DNA of 64,000 nt from Candidatus Hydrogenedentota bacterium (GCA_963674865.2 CAXXYE010000004.1:160001-224000), one strand, 5' to 3'; shown: positions 50,160 to 60,811, numbered from the stretch's first letter. Numbers and translations: made by a program. The notes: a model not told the origin generated them from the sequence alone.

Positions 50160-51904
50160 TGCGCGTGCTGATCGCCATAGCGGTTGCTCTTGTGGCCGCC
50201 TCAGCCGCCATAGCCGAGGATCATGTCCGCGTCCATGTCGATCGCACCACCGTGGCGGCGAATACGGAGTTCAGGATTGACGTCGAAGCAAGCGGCGAGT
50301 CCGTTGGGGAGCCGATTTTCGACGATCCCATTGAGGGCCTAACGGTACGTCCGAAGCCCATCGGCCAATCGCAGAGCGTGCAGTGGTCCACCGGGAAAGG
50401 CAAGACGGTTACGAAGTCCCTCAGCTACGCGGCAGTTGCTACAAAGGTGGGCGAGGTGAAACTCCCGCCTGTTGGCGTTCCCGTCAACGGCAAGCTCCTT
50501 TACTCCAAGCCCGTTACCTTGAACGTGGTGGCTGAAACGCAGCCTCAACGGGGACTCGCATGGGAAGACATCATCATTGTCACAAGCAGGGTGGACAAGA
50601 GCGAGGTGTATCAGGGGGAACAACTGGCACTTACCCTTGAACAGTGGATCATGAGCAACGAGTCCGTTGAGGCCGGGACGTTCCGCGGGGCCGATATCCG
50701 CTACCCGGATACGAGCGGCTTCTATACAACACCCTTAACAACGGATGTTATCCAAAGGACGCGCAACGGCTGGAGCTACGATGTGACGGAATATCGTCAG
50801 GTTCTGTATGCAACCACCACCGGCGACCTGGTGATAGGGCCGTGGTACTGGGAGGGCTTGGCCAGGGCCCGAACGCGGTACGGTGTGCAACAGAAGACGT
50901 ACAATCTGCAGACTTCGGAGATTCATGTCAAGGTCAAACCTTTGCCCGAGGGACCTCCCAACTTCTCCGGGGCCGTGGGCCGGTTCACCCTCAATGCGGA
51001 ACTCACCCGCGATGAGGTTATTCAGGGCGTGCCCACGACACTTATCGTGCGCGTCAGTGGGGAAGGCAATCCAGACGCGATTGGCGAGCCGCATCTGCCT
51101 CCTATCGAGAACGCCTACCTCTCCGATGCTGAGAAAGAGACTGCCGAGACGAAGGGCAGTGGGCTCCTCGAGAAGCGCTTCACTTATATGATAACTCCTC
51201 TGAAACCAGGCAACATGATGATCCCTCCCGTCGAGTTCTGCTATTTCGATCCTCAGGATGAAGAGTTCAAGACCGAGGCCGCCGGCCCTTTCACGCTCCG
51301 TGTGCTCGAGTCCGTCGAATCAGGCCCACGGACGCTCGTGAGCGATAACAACGTCGACTCACCAAGCCACGCCGTGGGAGTTATTGATGAGGACATCCGC
51401 CCCTTGGCTCCTTGCCCGGATGGGCTTCGGCCATCTCCGCCCGCGCCGCTTCGTAACGCCGGCGCCGTGGCCTTTCCGGCGGTGGCCTATCTCGCCGCTG
51501 CTATGCTTGTTCGCCGGAAGCGGCGTTTTGAACAGGATTCCACGTATACGCGAGCCTATCACGCGAAAGCGGCATGCCTTAAGCGCCTGCGGGCCGTTCG
51601 TGCGTCGGCCCAGCCGGCCGACGATATCTACCGGACGCTGGCCGCCTTCATCGCCGATGAATTCGATGTTCCCGAGGCTGGAATGACGGCGGCGGACGCA
51701 GAGCGCCTACTCCAAAGCCGGGGCGTCGAGTCGTCCTTGGCGGACAATTTCGTGAAGATGCTGCGTAAGTGCGAGCGTGCGCGGTTTGGCTCGTCAGCGT
51801 TGAGCGCCGATGAGGTGCGGGCGCTCACGCGGGGCGCCGTGGAGTGCGTGGGGGCGCTCGACGGTACGCTGAAGAGACTTAGGAAGAAGGAGCGGACTCA
51901 ATGA
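50150..51904 (+). CDS. batD: BatD-family protein
   Basis: Signal peptide, repeated Ig-like domains, VKPLP...GAVGRF, YFDP, C-terminal TM. Confidence 0.85.
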   Translation: MVVMRVLIAIAVALVAASAAIAEDHVRVHVDRTTVAANTEFRIDVEASGESVGEPIFDDPIEGLTVRPKPIGQSQSVQWSTGKGKTVTKSLSYAAVATKVGEVKLPPVGVPVNGKLLYSKPVTLNVVAETQPQRGLAWEDIIIVTSRVDKSEVYQGEQLALTLEQWIMSNESVEAGTFRGADIRYPDTSGFYTTPLTTDVIQRTRNGWSYDVTEYRQVLYATTTGDLVIGPWYWEGLARARTRYGVQQKTYNLQTSEIHVKVKPLPEGPPNFSGAVGRFTLNAELTRDEVIQGVPTTLIVRVSGEGNPDAIGEPHLPPIENAYLSDAEKETAETKGSGLLEKRFTYMITPLKPGNMMIPPVEFCYFDPQDEEFKTEAAGPFTLRVLESVESGPRTLVSDNNVDSPSHAVGVIDEDIRPLAPCPDGLRPSPPAPLRNAGAVAFPAVAYLAAAMLVRRKRRFEQDSTYTRAYHAKAACLKRLRAVRASAQPADDIYRTLAAFIADEFDVPEAGMTAADAERLLQSRGVESSLADNFVKMLRKCERARFGSSALSADEVRALTRGAVECVGALDGTLKRLRKKERTQ

Positions 51905-52653
51905 CGGCGCTTCTTGGAATACTCCTGGCCTGCGCCGGTGCGGGCGCATTCACGGATGCCTTCGACCAGGCCTGTGCGGAGTACGAGCAAAAGGACTATA
52001 TTGCCGCGGCGCAGCGATTCGAGCAGTTGGTTGACGAGGATGTCGTGGCTCCGGCTGTCTTCTACAACCTGGGCAATTGCTACTATCGCCTGGGGCGCCT
52101 GGGGCCCGCCATCGCGAACTACGAGCGGGCGTTGCACCTTGCCCCCGGATTTGAGAACGCGGCGCAGAACATGGCCGAGTGCATCAAGAAGACGGAGCGC
52201 CGCCTCAACCGGGTGCAGCGGCCCGAATGGGAGCGAAGCCTACTCTTCTGGCATTACACATTGCCGCCCAAAGTCACGCGGGCCGTGGCCGTTTTTCTAT
52301 GGTATGCACTGTGGACAGCGCTTGCTCTCCGCCTCTGGCGGCCTGAGCGCTACCTGTCGCGAATGGCCATTGTGCTGGCGGTGCTCGCTGCGGCCTTCGG
52401 AGCCAGTGCGTGGGCCAAGGCCCATCCGCCGGCGCTGGCCGTGGCGGCCGTGGAGCGGGTGCCCGTTCACTACGGCACGAATGAAGATGAGGCCGTGCGC
52501 TTTGAGTTGTACGAGGGAGATCGCGTTGCGGTGGATAGGCGCGCTGACGGATGGGCGCGTGTGAATATCTCGAGCGGCGAGCGAGGCTGGGCGAGGGAAA
52601 GCGATTTGGTGTTTGTGGGCCCTCCCTATGAGGCGTCACGCGCGCCATTGTGA
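51901..52653 (+). CDS. batE: BatE (TPR plus SH3-like)
   Basis: YNLGNCYY...YERAL, two TMs, C-terminal SH3-like domain (RGW). Confidence 0.85.
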   Translation: MTALLGILLACAGAGAFTDAFDQACAEYEQKDYIAAAQRFEQLVDEDVVAPAVFYNLGNCYYRLGRLGPAIANYERALHLAPGFENAAQNMAECIKKTERRLNRVQRPEWERSLLFWHYTLPPKVTRAVAVFLWYALWTALALRLWRPERYLSRMAIVLAVLAAAFGASAWAKAHPPALAVAAVERVPVHYGTNEDEAVRFELYEGDRVAVDRRADGWARVNISSGERGWARESDLVFVGPPYEASRAPL

Positions 52654-55370
52654 GAGTCGGAGCAATAATGAGCGAGACCTTTTCAAGACAGGTTGAACTG
52701 GCCCAGGCGGATGCGGCGCGTTTCCGGGAGATACCTCGCGCCGATTGTGTCGCCGCCACGCGTGAGTATATCCAGGGGCGGCGCAAGGAGATTCGCGCCC
52801 GTCATAACGCGGGCGAGTCCGGCGGCACGGTGCTAAGGAAGCTTTCCGAGACGGCCGACACGGTGCTGCGGGGCGTGGTGGCGTTTGCGGGCGCCTCGGT
52901 GGAGCGGGGGCGAAGCGTCTTTTCCCGGGCGGCGGTTTGCGCTCTGGGCGGATACGGGCGCGCCGAGTTGAGTCCGCACTCCGATTTGGATGTCTGCCTG
53001 CTCTACGAAGGGAGTCTCGACGGCCGTATCGAGGCCCTCAATGGCTATCTCATTCCCTTCTTGTGGGACATCGGCTTTGACGTGGGATACGCGACACGAA
53101 GTGTTCAGGACGCCATCGGCCTTGCCAAGGAAGACATGCACGCGTTTACGAGCCTGCTCGAGGGCCGGCTGGTAACCGGGGACAATTCCACCTTCGCCCG
53201 CCTGATGCTATCCGTTCGAGAGCTTCAAGCAAGCAGCATGTTCGATGACTACGTTCACCGCAAGATTCGCGAACGCGAACAGGGACTCGTGGAGCCTCAC
53301 AATGACCTGTTTACGCCGGAGCCGGATGTGAAAGAAAACGCCGGCGGGCTGCGGGATTTCCATACCGCCCTCTGGCTCCTGATGATTGCCTATGGCTCCG
53401 TGAGCCTGGACGACGTCGTCGGACTCGGACTCCTGCCTCCGGAGGAGCATCTCGAGCTTGTCAACGCGCTGGACTTCATCTGGCGCATCCGCAATGAACT
53501 CCATTTCCACGCGGATCGCGCGGAGGATCGACTCACCTTTGCCAACCAGCGGCATGTGGCGAAGGCGTTTGGATACGGCCAAGGCGAGGAACACGGTATT
53601 TCCCGCCTGATGCAGGACTATTACGGCGCCGCGCGCAGGCTGCGGGCCTTCCTGCGCATGACCTGCCACAACTACGGACAGCAGTCAAACGGCACGGGCC
53701 CCGATGAATCGGCGCTCCAGAGCAATGATATCGTCATCGCGAATGGGCAGCTTCACGTCGGGCAGGGCGACAAGAGCTGGTTTGCTGAGGCGCCGGTGCG
53801 CCTCATCGAAGTTTTCTGGGCCTGCACACGGCACAATGCCGTCTTGAGTCCGGCGACTCAGCGTCTGGTTGCCGGTAGCTTGGACTTGATCAATGACACT
53901 GTCCGGGCGAATGACATCGCCAGGCGCTTCTTTGTAGCCATCTGCAATCGCCCCTTGCAGGCAGGTTCTGCCTTGCGCCAGATGGCGAACGCCGGTGTGC
54001 TCGGGCGGTATATGCCGGAGTTCGCGGCCGTGCAGAATGTAATCCGATATGAGGATTTTCATCATTATCCTGTTGATGAGCATACGCTTGTGGCGCTTGA
54101 GGCGTTGGCGCGCCTGCCGGAGGCGAAAGGCGCCGCGGCCCCGTTTCTCGCTGAGGCTCTCGAACACCTAACGGATCCCTATGTGCTTGTTTTGGCGATT
54201 CTGCTGCACGATCTCGGTAAGGCCGCGGGTGAAGTCCATGTCGATGAAAGCGTTCAGATTACACACGAAGTATGTCGCAGGATGGGCATGTCGGGCGATG
54301 ACGAGGAACGCATCGCCTTTCTGGTATCGCAGCACCTGTTAATGAGCAATATCGCCCTGTATCGCGACTCGGATGATGAAGATATCGTCCGCGACTTCGC
54401 AAACACGGTGAAGACGGAGCAGCGCTTGCGAGCGCTCTTCCTGCTGTCTTATGCCGACTTGGCCGCCGTTGGCCCGGGCGTGTGGAACGACTGGAAGGGC
54501 GCACTCCTTCTGAAGCTGTACCTCAAGGCTGAACGGATGCTCCTGGGCAAGTCGCAGCGCCCGGACGACGCGCTATGGGATTCCCCAAAAGCGCAGGAGG
54601 TGCGTGAGCACATAGCGGACTCTTTGAAGCCTGAGGTGGAGGAGCATCTGCGCGACCTCGGCTATCGCTACTTCGCCGCATTTCGCCCTGAGCAGATCGC
54701 TTCACATCTCGAGTGCGTGTCCGGCGCGGCTACCTCGGGCCTCGAAGTACGGGCGTCGAAAGACAACGAAATGAATATGAGCGAGGTGGTGATCGCCACG
54801 CAGGATCGGGCGGGACTTTTCTCCCAGATCGCCGGGAGTTTGGCCTCGCAACTGATCGACGTCAACGGGGCGGCGCTATTCACCCGTTCCGACGGCTGCG
54901 TCGTGGACTGTTTCCTGGTAAGCGATGCGCGTCACCGACGCCCCCTTACCGAGCGGCAGTGTGCGGCGGTCAAGCGCACGCTGCGCGCCGTATTGATTGA
55001 CAAGGAGGATGTGCAAGCGCTGGTGGATAACTCGCGCCGACGGCTGTTTGCGCTGCTCCAACCGCGCGTGCCGGTGCGCACGGACGTGCAGTTCGACAAC
55101 GACTCATCGCGAACTCACACGGTGATTGACATCTATACCGGTGATCGAACGGGCTTGCTCTACGACATCACGCGCGCCATGGCGGGGGCCGGGCTGGATA
55201 TTGCCTCGGCCCGCATCGCCACCGACGCGCGCCGTGTCCGAGATGCCTTCTACGTCACCTTGAACAACAGAAAGATAGAAGACAGAGACGAACAGGCGGC
55301 CATCGAATCGGCCATTCGACAGGCGATTCACCCGCGGCCTGCCGTCGAAGCAAAAGGAGGTTCATCATGA
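52650..55370 (+). CDS. glnD: [Protein-PII] uridylyltransferase / uridylyl-removing enzyme
   Basis: ALGGYGR...SDLD, KENAGGLRD, HHYPVDEH, LLHDLGK and two ACT domains (DRAGL, DRTGLL); start could be ATG 52668. Confidence 0.95.
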   Translation: MRVGAIMSETFSRQVELAQADAARFREIPRADCVAATREYIQGRRKEIRARHNAGESGGTVLRKLSETADTVLRGVVAFAGASVERGRSVFSRAAVCALGGYGRAELSPHSDLDVCLLYEGSLDGRIEALNGYLIPFLWDIGFDVGYATRSVQDAIGLAKEDMHAFTSLLEGRLVTGDNSTFARLMLSVRELQASSMFDDYVHRKIREREQGLVEPHNDLFTPEPDVKENAGGLRDFHTALWLLMIAYGSVSLDDVVGLGLLPPEEHLELVNALDFIWRIRNELHFHADRAEDRLTFANQRHVAKAFGYGQGEEHGISRLMQDYYGAARRLRAFLRMTCHNYGQQSNGTGPDESALQSNDIVIANGQLHVGQGDKSWFAEAPVRLIEVFWACTRHNAVLSPATQRLVAGSLDLINDTVRANDIARRFFVAICNRPLQAGSALRQMANAGVLGRYMPEFAAVQNVIRYEDFHHYPVDEHTLVALEALARLPEAKGAAAPFLAEALEHLTDPYVLVLAILLHDLGKAAGEVHVDESVQITHEVCRRMGMSGDDEERIAFLVSQHLLMSNIALYRDSDDEDIVRDFANTVKTEQRLRALFLLSYADLAAVGPGVWNDWKGALLLKLYLKAERMLLGKSQRPDDALWDSPKAQEVREHIADSLKPEVEEHLRDLGYRYFAAFRPEQIASHLECVSGAATSGLEVRASKDNEMNMSEVVIATQDRAGLFSQIAGSLASQLIDVNGAALFTRSDGCVVDCFLVSDARHRRPLTERQCAAVKRTLRAVLIDKEDVQALVDNSRRRLFALLQPRVPVRTDVQFDNDSSRTHTVIDIYTGDRTGLLYDITRAMAGAGLDIASARIATDARRVRDAFYVTLNNRKIEDRDEQAAIESAIRQAIHPRPAVEAKGGSS

Positions 55371-56788
55371 AGACCTTGCGTGTATCACTTGTGGCCGTGC
55401 TGGCCCTGTTGGGCGCTATGGGCACTGCCGGTGCCGTGAGTCCCTTGCTGAAGGAGTTTGAAGACGCCTTCATCAGACTGGGCGAGGAGGTCCGCCCGTG
55501 CGTCGTCAACATCGATACGCAAAACGAAATCGATATGCCGAGCGGGCAGGGGCTGCCGGAAGATTTCTTCCGCTTTTTCGGCATTCCGGCGCCCGAGGGG
55601 CGGCAGATCAGGCCGCGTCGGAGCGTCCCGGCCACCGGCTCCGGTTTCATCTATGACAGAGAAGGCCACATCATCACGAATAACCATGTTGTCGCCGACG
55701 CCGAATCCATCACCGTTCGCCTATGGAACGGGAAAGAGTACAGCGCCGAAGTTGTAGGTACCGATCCGGACACCGACCTCGCCGTGATCAAAATCGATGC
55801 CGACGTCGACCTTCCCGTGGCTGCGCTTGGTGACTCGAGCAAGCTCAAAGTCGGGCAGTTTGCCGTGGCGATGGGCAGTCCGCGCGGCCTTGAAGGCTCT
55901 CTTTCCTTTGGCCACATCAGCGCTCTCGGGAGGGACACACTTCCGCTGCGCCGCAGCGGATTGCGGTTTCAGAATCTTGTCCAAACCGATGCCGCTATCA
56001 ATTTCGGCAATAGCGGTGGCCCGCTGTGCAATATCGATGGTGAGGTGATCGGAATCAATGTGGCCATCGTGTGGGGGGCCGAATCCATCGGATTTGCCAT
56101 CCCCATCGATACCGCTAAGGAGATCGTCCCTGAACTGATAGCCGAGGGCAAGATTACGCGCGGCTATCTTGGTGTCGAGATACGCGATGCCGATGAATTC
56201 GCAAAGAGTCTCGGCATGCCGGATGAGCAAGGAGCTTACGTAGAGAGAGTGTTGACCGACACGCCGGCTGAACGCGATGGACTGGCCGTCTACGACGTGA
56301 TCCGGAAGGTCAACGGCGAGGTCGTCAAGGATTCCACGGATCTACAGTACAAGATAGCCCATTTTGCGCCCGGAGAGAAGGTGACGCTGGAACTCTGGCG
56401 CGATGAAAAGACCATCACTGTCGATGTGAAGCTCTCTGAATATGCCGGCAGCGTGGAGAAGGCCGTTCTTGGGCCTGAGGTGCTCGGTTTGCGTGTGCGC
56501 ACCCTTCCCGCGGAGATGGCCGAGAGCTTGGGCCTCGATTCCGGAACGAAGGGCGTTGTTGTTGCCGATGTTGAGCCGAACAGCGCGGGCGAGTTAGCCG
56601 GCATCGAAGTCGGTGACGTTATTCTTGAGGTTGCCAAGGAGAAGGTGACGGATGCTTCCGAATTCCGCCGTTTGGTCAAGGAGCACACCAAGCCGGGCGA
56701 AGCCTTGCTCGTGCGCGTAGTAAGCAAGGGCGGGCGCCCGATGACCCGGCTTGTACAGGTGCCCGGCGGAGACGAACAGGACAAGTAA
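55367..56788 (+). CDS. degP: DegP/HtrA serine protease with two PDZ domains
   Basis: Signal peptide; TNNHV, DLAV and GNSGGP catalytic triad; two PDZ domains. Confidence 0.93.
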   Translation: MKTLRVSLVAVLALLGAMGTAGAVSPLLKEFEDAFIRLGEEVRPCVVNIDTQNEIDMPSGQGLPEDFFRFFGIPAPEGRQIRPRRSVPATGSGFIYDREGHIITNNHVVADAESITVRLWNGKEYSAEVVGTDPDTDLAVIKIDADVDLPVAALGDSSKLKVGQFAVAMGSPRGLEGSLSFGHISALGRDTLPLRRSGLRFQNLVQTDAAINFGNSGGPLCNIDGEVIGINVAIVWGAESIGFAIPIDTAKEIVPELIAEGKITRGYLGVEIRDADEFAKSLGMPDEQGAYVERVLTDTPAERDGLAVYDVIRKVNGEVVKDSTDLQYKIAHFAPGEKVTLELWRDEKTITVDVKLSEYAGSVEKAVLGPEVLGLRVRTLPAEMAESLGLDSGTKGVVVADVEPNSAGELAGIEVGDVILEVAKEKVTDASEFRRLVKEHTKPGEALLVRVVSKGGRPMTRLVQVPGGDEQDK

Positions 56789-56825
56789 GCTGCTTGCCAG
56801 GCTTCCCCGAAGGACATCAAGAAAC

Positions 56826-56860
56826 GGCGCGGGCCGGCCAACGAGGCCGGCCCGCGCCTT
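56826..56860 (+). terminator. Strong GC hairpin after degP (probable terminator)
   Basis: Perfect 14-bp stem GGCGCGGGCCGGCC / GGCCGGCCCGCGCC with a 5-nt loop; only a short T tail. Confidence 0.6.
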
Positions 56861-56943
56861 GGACAAGAGGTGTCCTCATCGTTAGAATTGGTGGTAGTGC
56901 CAGACGCTGAGTCTAGGCTCAAATCACAAGTGGCATACCGATA

Positions 56944-57417
56944 ATGGGGAGACCTGAAGACACCTTTCCTGGCCGAGACGCTGCGTCATCGATTACGAAC
57001 GCGCTTTCTCGTGGGGAACGGCTCGCCGCACTTGGCATGGCGGCCACTATCGCGCTCGGATTCCTGATAGCGCGGTGTCTTACGCCCGACGCGAGCGGCG
57101 TAGGTACTCATGAGCAACTTGGGCTGCGTCCATGCTTGACGATGACCCTCTTTCACCTCCCGTGTCCTTTCTGCGGCATGACGACTGCTTTCGCTTACAT
57201 GATGCGTGGGCAGCCCCTCAAGGCCCTTGAGGCCCAGCCCGCGGGCGCCCTCGCCTTCGTCGTATGCGCTTTGAGTGCGTTGGCGGCTCTCGTGGTGGCC
57301 GTCACGGGCCGATGCCCTGTGTGGCTCCGTAGACCTCGCCATTTGAGGGCGATTGGGATTGTTGCCGTCGGCGTTCTTCTGCTTGCATGGATCTACAAAA
57401 TAAGGCTAGTAATGTAG
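56944..57417 (+). CDS. DUF2752 membrane protein
   Basis: GTHEQLGLRPC...PCPFCGMTTA motif; three TMs. Confidence 0.85.
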   Translation: MGRPEDTFPGRDAASSITNALSRGERLAALGMAATIALGFLIARCLTPDASGVGTHEQLGLRPCLTMTLFHLPCPFCGMTTAFAYMMRGQPLKALEAQPAGALAFVVCALSALAALVVAVTGRCPVWLRRPRHLRAIGIVAVGVLLLAWIYKIRLVM

Positions 57418-57460
57418 TCTATGTGGAATGCCGTAGCATCACGGCTGCCCTGCCCCCGAA

Positions 57461-57490
57461 TTGACATCGGGCCGCCCAACCGTCTAGAAT
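57461..57490 (+). promoter_or_regulatory. Putative sigma70 promoter
   Basis: TTGACA-N18-TAGAAT. Confidence 0.55.
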
Positions 57491-57527
57491 TCCTCTTAGC
57501 TTGAGGTGCAGAAGGAAGGTTTTCTTG

Positions 57528-58781
57528 ATGGGGAGTGACTTCAGTTCTAGGACCGTTTTGCTTGTCGATGACGAACCTGCCGTTCGTGACGTGATGGCCC
57601 GCATTCTTACGGAGCGGCTCGGATGCAAGATCGCCGCCGAGTCCAGCGCCGAGGCGGGGCTCGACCGCATGCGTGATGAGTCCGTCGATGTGTTGGTCGC
57701 TGATATGATCATGCCGGGCCTCCACGGCCTTGAGTTCATTACACGCGTGCGGGAAGCATGGCCCGGCATCGACATCGTTGTGCTTACGGGCTTCCCAGAG
57801 AAGTTTCCGTATGTCGACGTGGCCCAGGCCGGCGCTCGCGATTTCATCCCCAAGCCGTTCAATCCTGGCGAGGTGGAAGCGAAGATAGCGCGTATCTTCG
57901 AGGAACGGCGCCTCCGTGAGGGACAGGCATTCGCTGAGGAGAAATATCGACGGCTCTTCGAACTGAGCATGAACGGAATGTTGCTTGTCCAAGGTGAGGA
58001 CTGCCGCATTGTGGACGCAAACCGTGCGTTCTGTGAACTCAGCGGATATGCCGAAGACCAGTTACTGGGAGCGTCTCTCTTCGATGTGATCGATAATGGT
58101 GAGGTCCCGCGGGTGAAGAGCGGCGTAGCGCTGTTTGCCGAAGGAGGACAGGGCACCCTCGGAGATGTGCCGATTCGTGCCGCCGGTGGGCACGACATGA
58201 GTTTGGACGTGAACGTCACCTTTGTGAGCTTCGGGGGCGAGGCCCTGGTGATGATGGTGTTCCGCGATGTTACGGAAGTACGCCAGCTTGAGCAGCGCCT
58301 AAAGCAGATAGCCGAAACCGACGAACTCACCGGACTCGCCAACAAGCGCTCATTCCGCGCCCGGCTCGAGTGGACCATTGCGCGCTCCCGAGGCGAGGGA
58401 TTTCCCCTCACCCTCGTATTTGTCGACGTTGACGACTTCAAGAAGTGCAACGACACCTTCGGCCACGAAGTAGGCGATAGGGCTCTTCGGGCCGTGGGCA
58501 AGGCCATACGCAGCAGCATCCGAACAGGGGGCGACGAAGGTTTCCGATACGGGGGCGACGAGTTCGCCGTGTTGCTGCCGGGCGCCGATTCCGACCAAGC
58601 CTCCGTCGTGGCAAGGCGGATGAAGGATCAACTGGCTGCGTCTATCGAAACGAAGACCACCATCAGCATCGGGATCGCTCAGTACGAAGCCCCCATGGAC
58701 GCCAGCGCATTCATATGCGCCGCCGACAAAGCCCTCTATGCCGTGAAAGCCCGCGGCAAGAACGGCCTCTCCGTCGCTTAA
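57528..58781 (+). CDS. Receiver-PAS-GGDEF diguanylate cyclase
   Basis: VDDE, DMIMPG and KPF receiver; PAS; TDELTG, DVDDFK and RYGGDEF; I-site degenerate (RTGGD). Confidence 0.92.
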   Translation: MGSDFSSRTVLLVDDEPAVRDVMARILTERLGCKIAAESSAEAGLDRMRDESVDVLVADMIMPGLHGLEFITRVREAWPGIDIVVLTGFPEKFPYVDVAQAGARDFIPKPFNPGEVEAKIARIFEERRLREGQAFAEEKYRRLFELSMNGMLLVQGEDCRIVDANRAFCELSGYAEDQLLGASLFDVIDNGEVPRVKSGVALFAEGGQGTLGDVPIRAAGGHDMSLDVNVTFVSFGGEALVMMVFRDVTEVRQLEQRLKQIAETDELTGLANKRSFRARLEWTIARSRGEGFPLTLVFVDVDDFKKCNDTFGHEVGDRALRAVGKAIRSSIRTGGDEGFRYGGDEFAVLLPGADSDQASVVARRMKDQLAASIETKTTISIGIAQYEAPMDASAFICAADKALYAVKARGKNGLSVA

Positions 58782-59684
58782 GTGCTTGCCGTATTCTCCG
58801 CCATAGCCCCTGTTTTCTTCGTGGCCGCCCTCGGCTTCTTAGTGCGACGCAGCCGGGAACTCGACGCGAAGACCCTGTCGGCGCTCAACATCTACCTCTT
58901 CATTCCCGCCTTGGTGTTTCATAACCTTGCGCAGCGGCCTCTTGAGTGGGGACATTTTGGGCGTGTCGCCCTCGGCGCTGCCCTTATGGTAGGACTCATG
59001 AGCCTTGTCCTCGGTGGGCTCGCGCGGATGCGGGGACTCAAGGAGCCGCTGAAGAGCGCGTTCTTCATGACCATGTTTCCCAACCTGGGCAATTTCGGGC
59101 TTCCCGTGTGCGCCCTGGCGTTCGGCGATGAGGGACTGGCGTATGCCGTCATCGTCATGGTGTGTGGCAGCTTTCTTCAGAATAGCGTAGGCGTCTATTT
59201 CGCCCAGCGCAGTCGGCTTGATGTGGTCCGGGCTTTGGTGAAGGTCCTCTGCTTCCCAATGATCTACGCGTTCATCCTAGCTATTCTCTTTCAAAGGATG
59301 GGCTGGGCGCTTCCGGCGTGGCTCGGATCGGGCGTGGGAATCACCGCACAAGCCGCTATACCCATACAATTAATGATCCTGGGCATTAAGATTGCTGAGA
59401 CATCGCTGGACAGGAGCGCCGATGTCTTCTTGGCCGGGGCGATGCGCTTGTGTGTAGCGCCGCTGCTCGCCTTTGGAGTCGTTATGCTGGTTGGCCTGGA
59501 CGGCCTGCCCGCAAAGGTGTTTGTCCTTCAGATGAGCGGGCCCGTCGCCGTGGGGATGGCCGTCTACGGAGTCGAATTCAACGTCAAGCCCGGATTCCTA
59601 GCCAGTGCCGTCTCGTGGACCTTTCTTTTCAGCGGCGTTACGGTGTCCTTCGTGCTATATCTTCTCCTCAGGGTGGCCTTGTAG
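58782..59684 (+). CDS. AEC (auxin efflux carrier) family transporter
   Basis: PALVF, PNLGNFGLP, AAIP and PVAV motifs; about 10 TMs. Confidence 0.88.
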   Translation: MLAVFSAIAPVFFVAALGFLVRRSRELDAKTLSALNIYLFIPALVFHNLAQRPLEWGHFGRVALGAALMVGLMSLVLGGLARMRGLKEPLKSAFFMTMFPNLGNFGLPVCALAFGDEGLAYAVIVMVCGSFLQNSVGVYFAQRSRLDVVRALVKVLCFPMIYAFILAILFQRMGWALPAWLGSGVGITAQAAIPIQLMILGIKIAETSLDRSADVFLAGAMRLCVAPLLAFGVVMLVGLDGLPAKVFVLQMSGPVAVGMAVYGVEFNVKPGFLASAVSWTFLFSGVTVSFVLYLLLRVAL

Positions 59685-60749
59685 CGTGTTCGGGGGTGGG
59701 GGAGTGTAGAGCTCCTCCGGCGGCACCGGCGGCCACCAATCCACCGGATCCAAAGCTGCGGCCTCAGCGCGGAGGGCTCCCGCCTCAACGGCTTTGCCCT
59801 GTCTTTCCCTGACGCGGGCGAGCATGCGAAGTCCCCGGGCGCGGCAGGGACCGGCAGGTAAGGGCTGGACGTCGAGATACGCGTTAGCGAGTCTCTCCGC
59901 CCCAATGAGGTCGCCTTCGGAAAGGCAGCGGCGGGCCGCTTCCAGCAGAACCAGCGCCTCGGAGGCGTCCAGGGCCACGGCCTTCTGGGCGTGCAGTTGG
60001 GCCTGCTCCGTATCCCGGGTACGGAGCAGGGCGCGGGCAAGACCGGCATGGGCGTCGGCGCGATCGGGATGGCTTCCGACAACGTCTTGCCATATCGTGA
60101 CTTGCCTCTTCGGGTCCCTCCGCGCTTCGACGAGACACCGCGCCTTGGCGCCCCACACGGGGTCGAAGTCCTCGCATGCGGCCGCATGTTCCTCCGCTTT
60201 GCTCTGGCTGCCACCGAGGTACCACGGCAAACCTGTATAGGTTTCGAGGAGCCATGTGCGGGCATGGTGATATTCCGGCTGCAAGGCGACCGCCTGCTCG
60301 AACGCCGTGATGCTCGCTTTGGCCCGGAAGGGCAGGGCCGGCCACGTTAGGACGCTATGGGCGGCGGCAATGCTGCTGCACGCGGCAAGTACACCGTCCC
60401 AGTAATGGTAGCGCGCCTGAGAGGGGGCGAGCTGGACGGCCCGCTTGATGGCCTGGCGGGCCCGCTTCAAGTCCGCCTTCATGGCGTCCTGAGGTCTTTT
60501 GCCCTCATGGCTTGTCATCCCGTAGAAGTAGCACCGAGCCAGCTCAAACTGCGCCGAACTGTCTAAGGGGCACGCCGCCAAGGCTTCTTCAAGAACCTGC
60601 TTCGCCTCATCGAGGCGGCCGCCCAGTCGCAGGTTATAGGCCTGGCGTGCGGGGTGGGCCGACTCGCGTCGGTTGTCCTCCCCGTGGGCGGATGCGGAGA
60701 GGAGGGTGGCCGCAAGTAAGACGAGGCTCAGGTTAGGAAGTGTTCTCAT
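59655..60749 (-). CDS. Exported TPR-repeat protein
   Basis: Signal peptide from ATG 60749; multiple TPR-like helices; P..LGG motif. Confidence 0.72.
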   Translation of the reverse strand: MRTLPNLSLVLLAATLLSASAHGEDNRRESAHPARQAYNLRLGGRLDEAKQVLEEALAACPLDSSAQFELARCYFYGMTSHEGKRPQDAMKADLKRARQAIKRAVQLAPSQARYHYWDGVLAACSSIAAAHSVLTWPALPFRAKASITAFEQAVALQPEYHHARTWLLETYTGLPWYLGGSQSKAEEHAAACEDFDPVWGAKARCLVEARRDPKRQVTIWQDVVGSHPDRADAHAGLARALLRTRDTEQAQLHAQKAVALDASEALVLLEAARRCLSEGDLIGAERLANAYLDVQPLPAGPCRARGLRMLARVRERQGKAVEAGALRAEAAALDPVDWWPPVPPEELYTPPPPNTLQGHPEEKI

Positions 60750-60811
60750 GGCGCTATAGCCTTTCGTCAACGAGGATGCCAAATGTAGGAACCGAGGCAG
60801 TCGATACGTAG

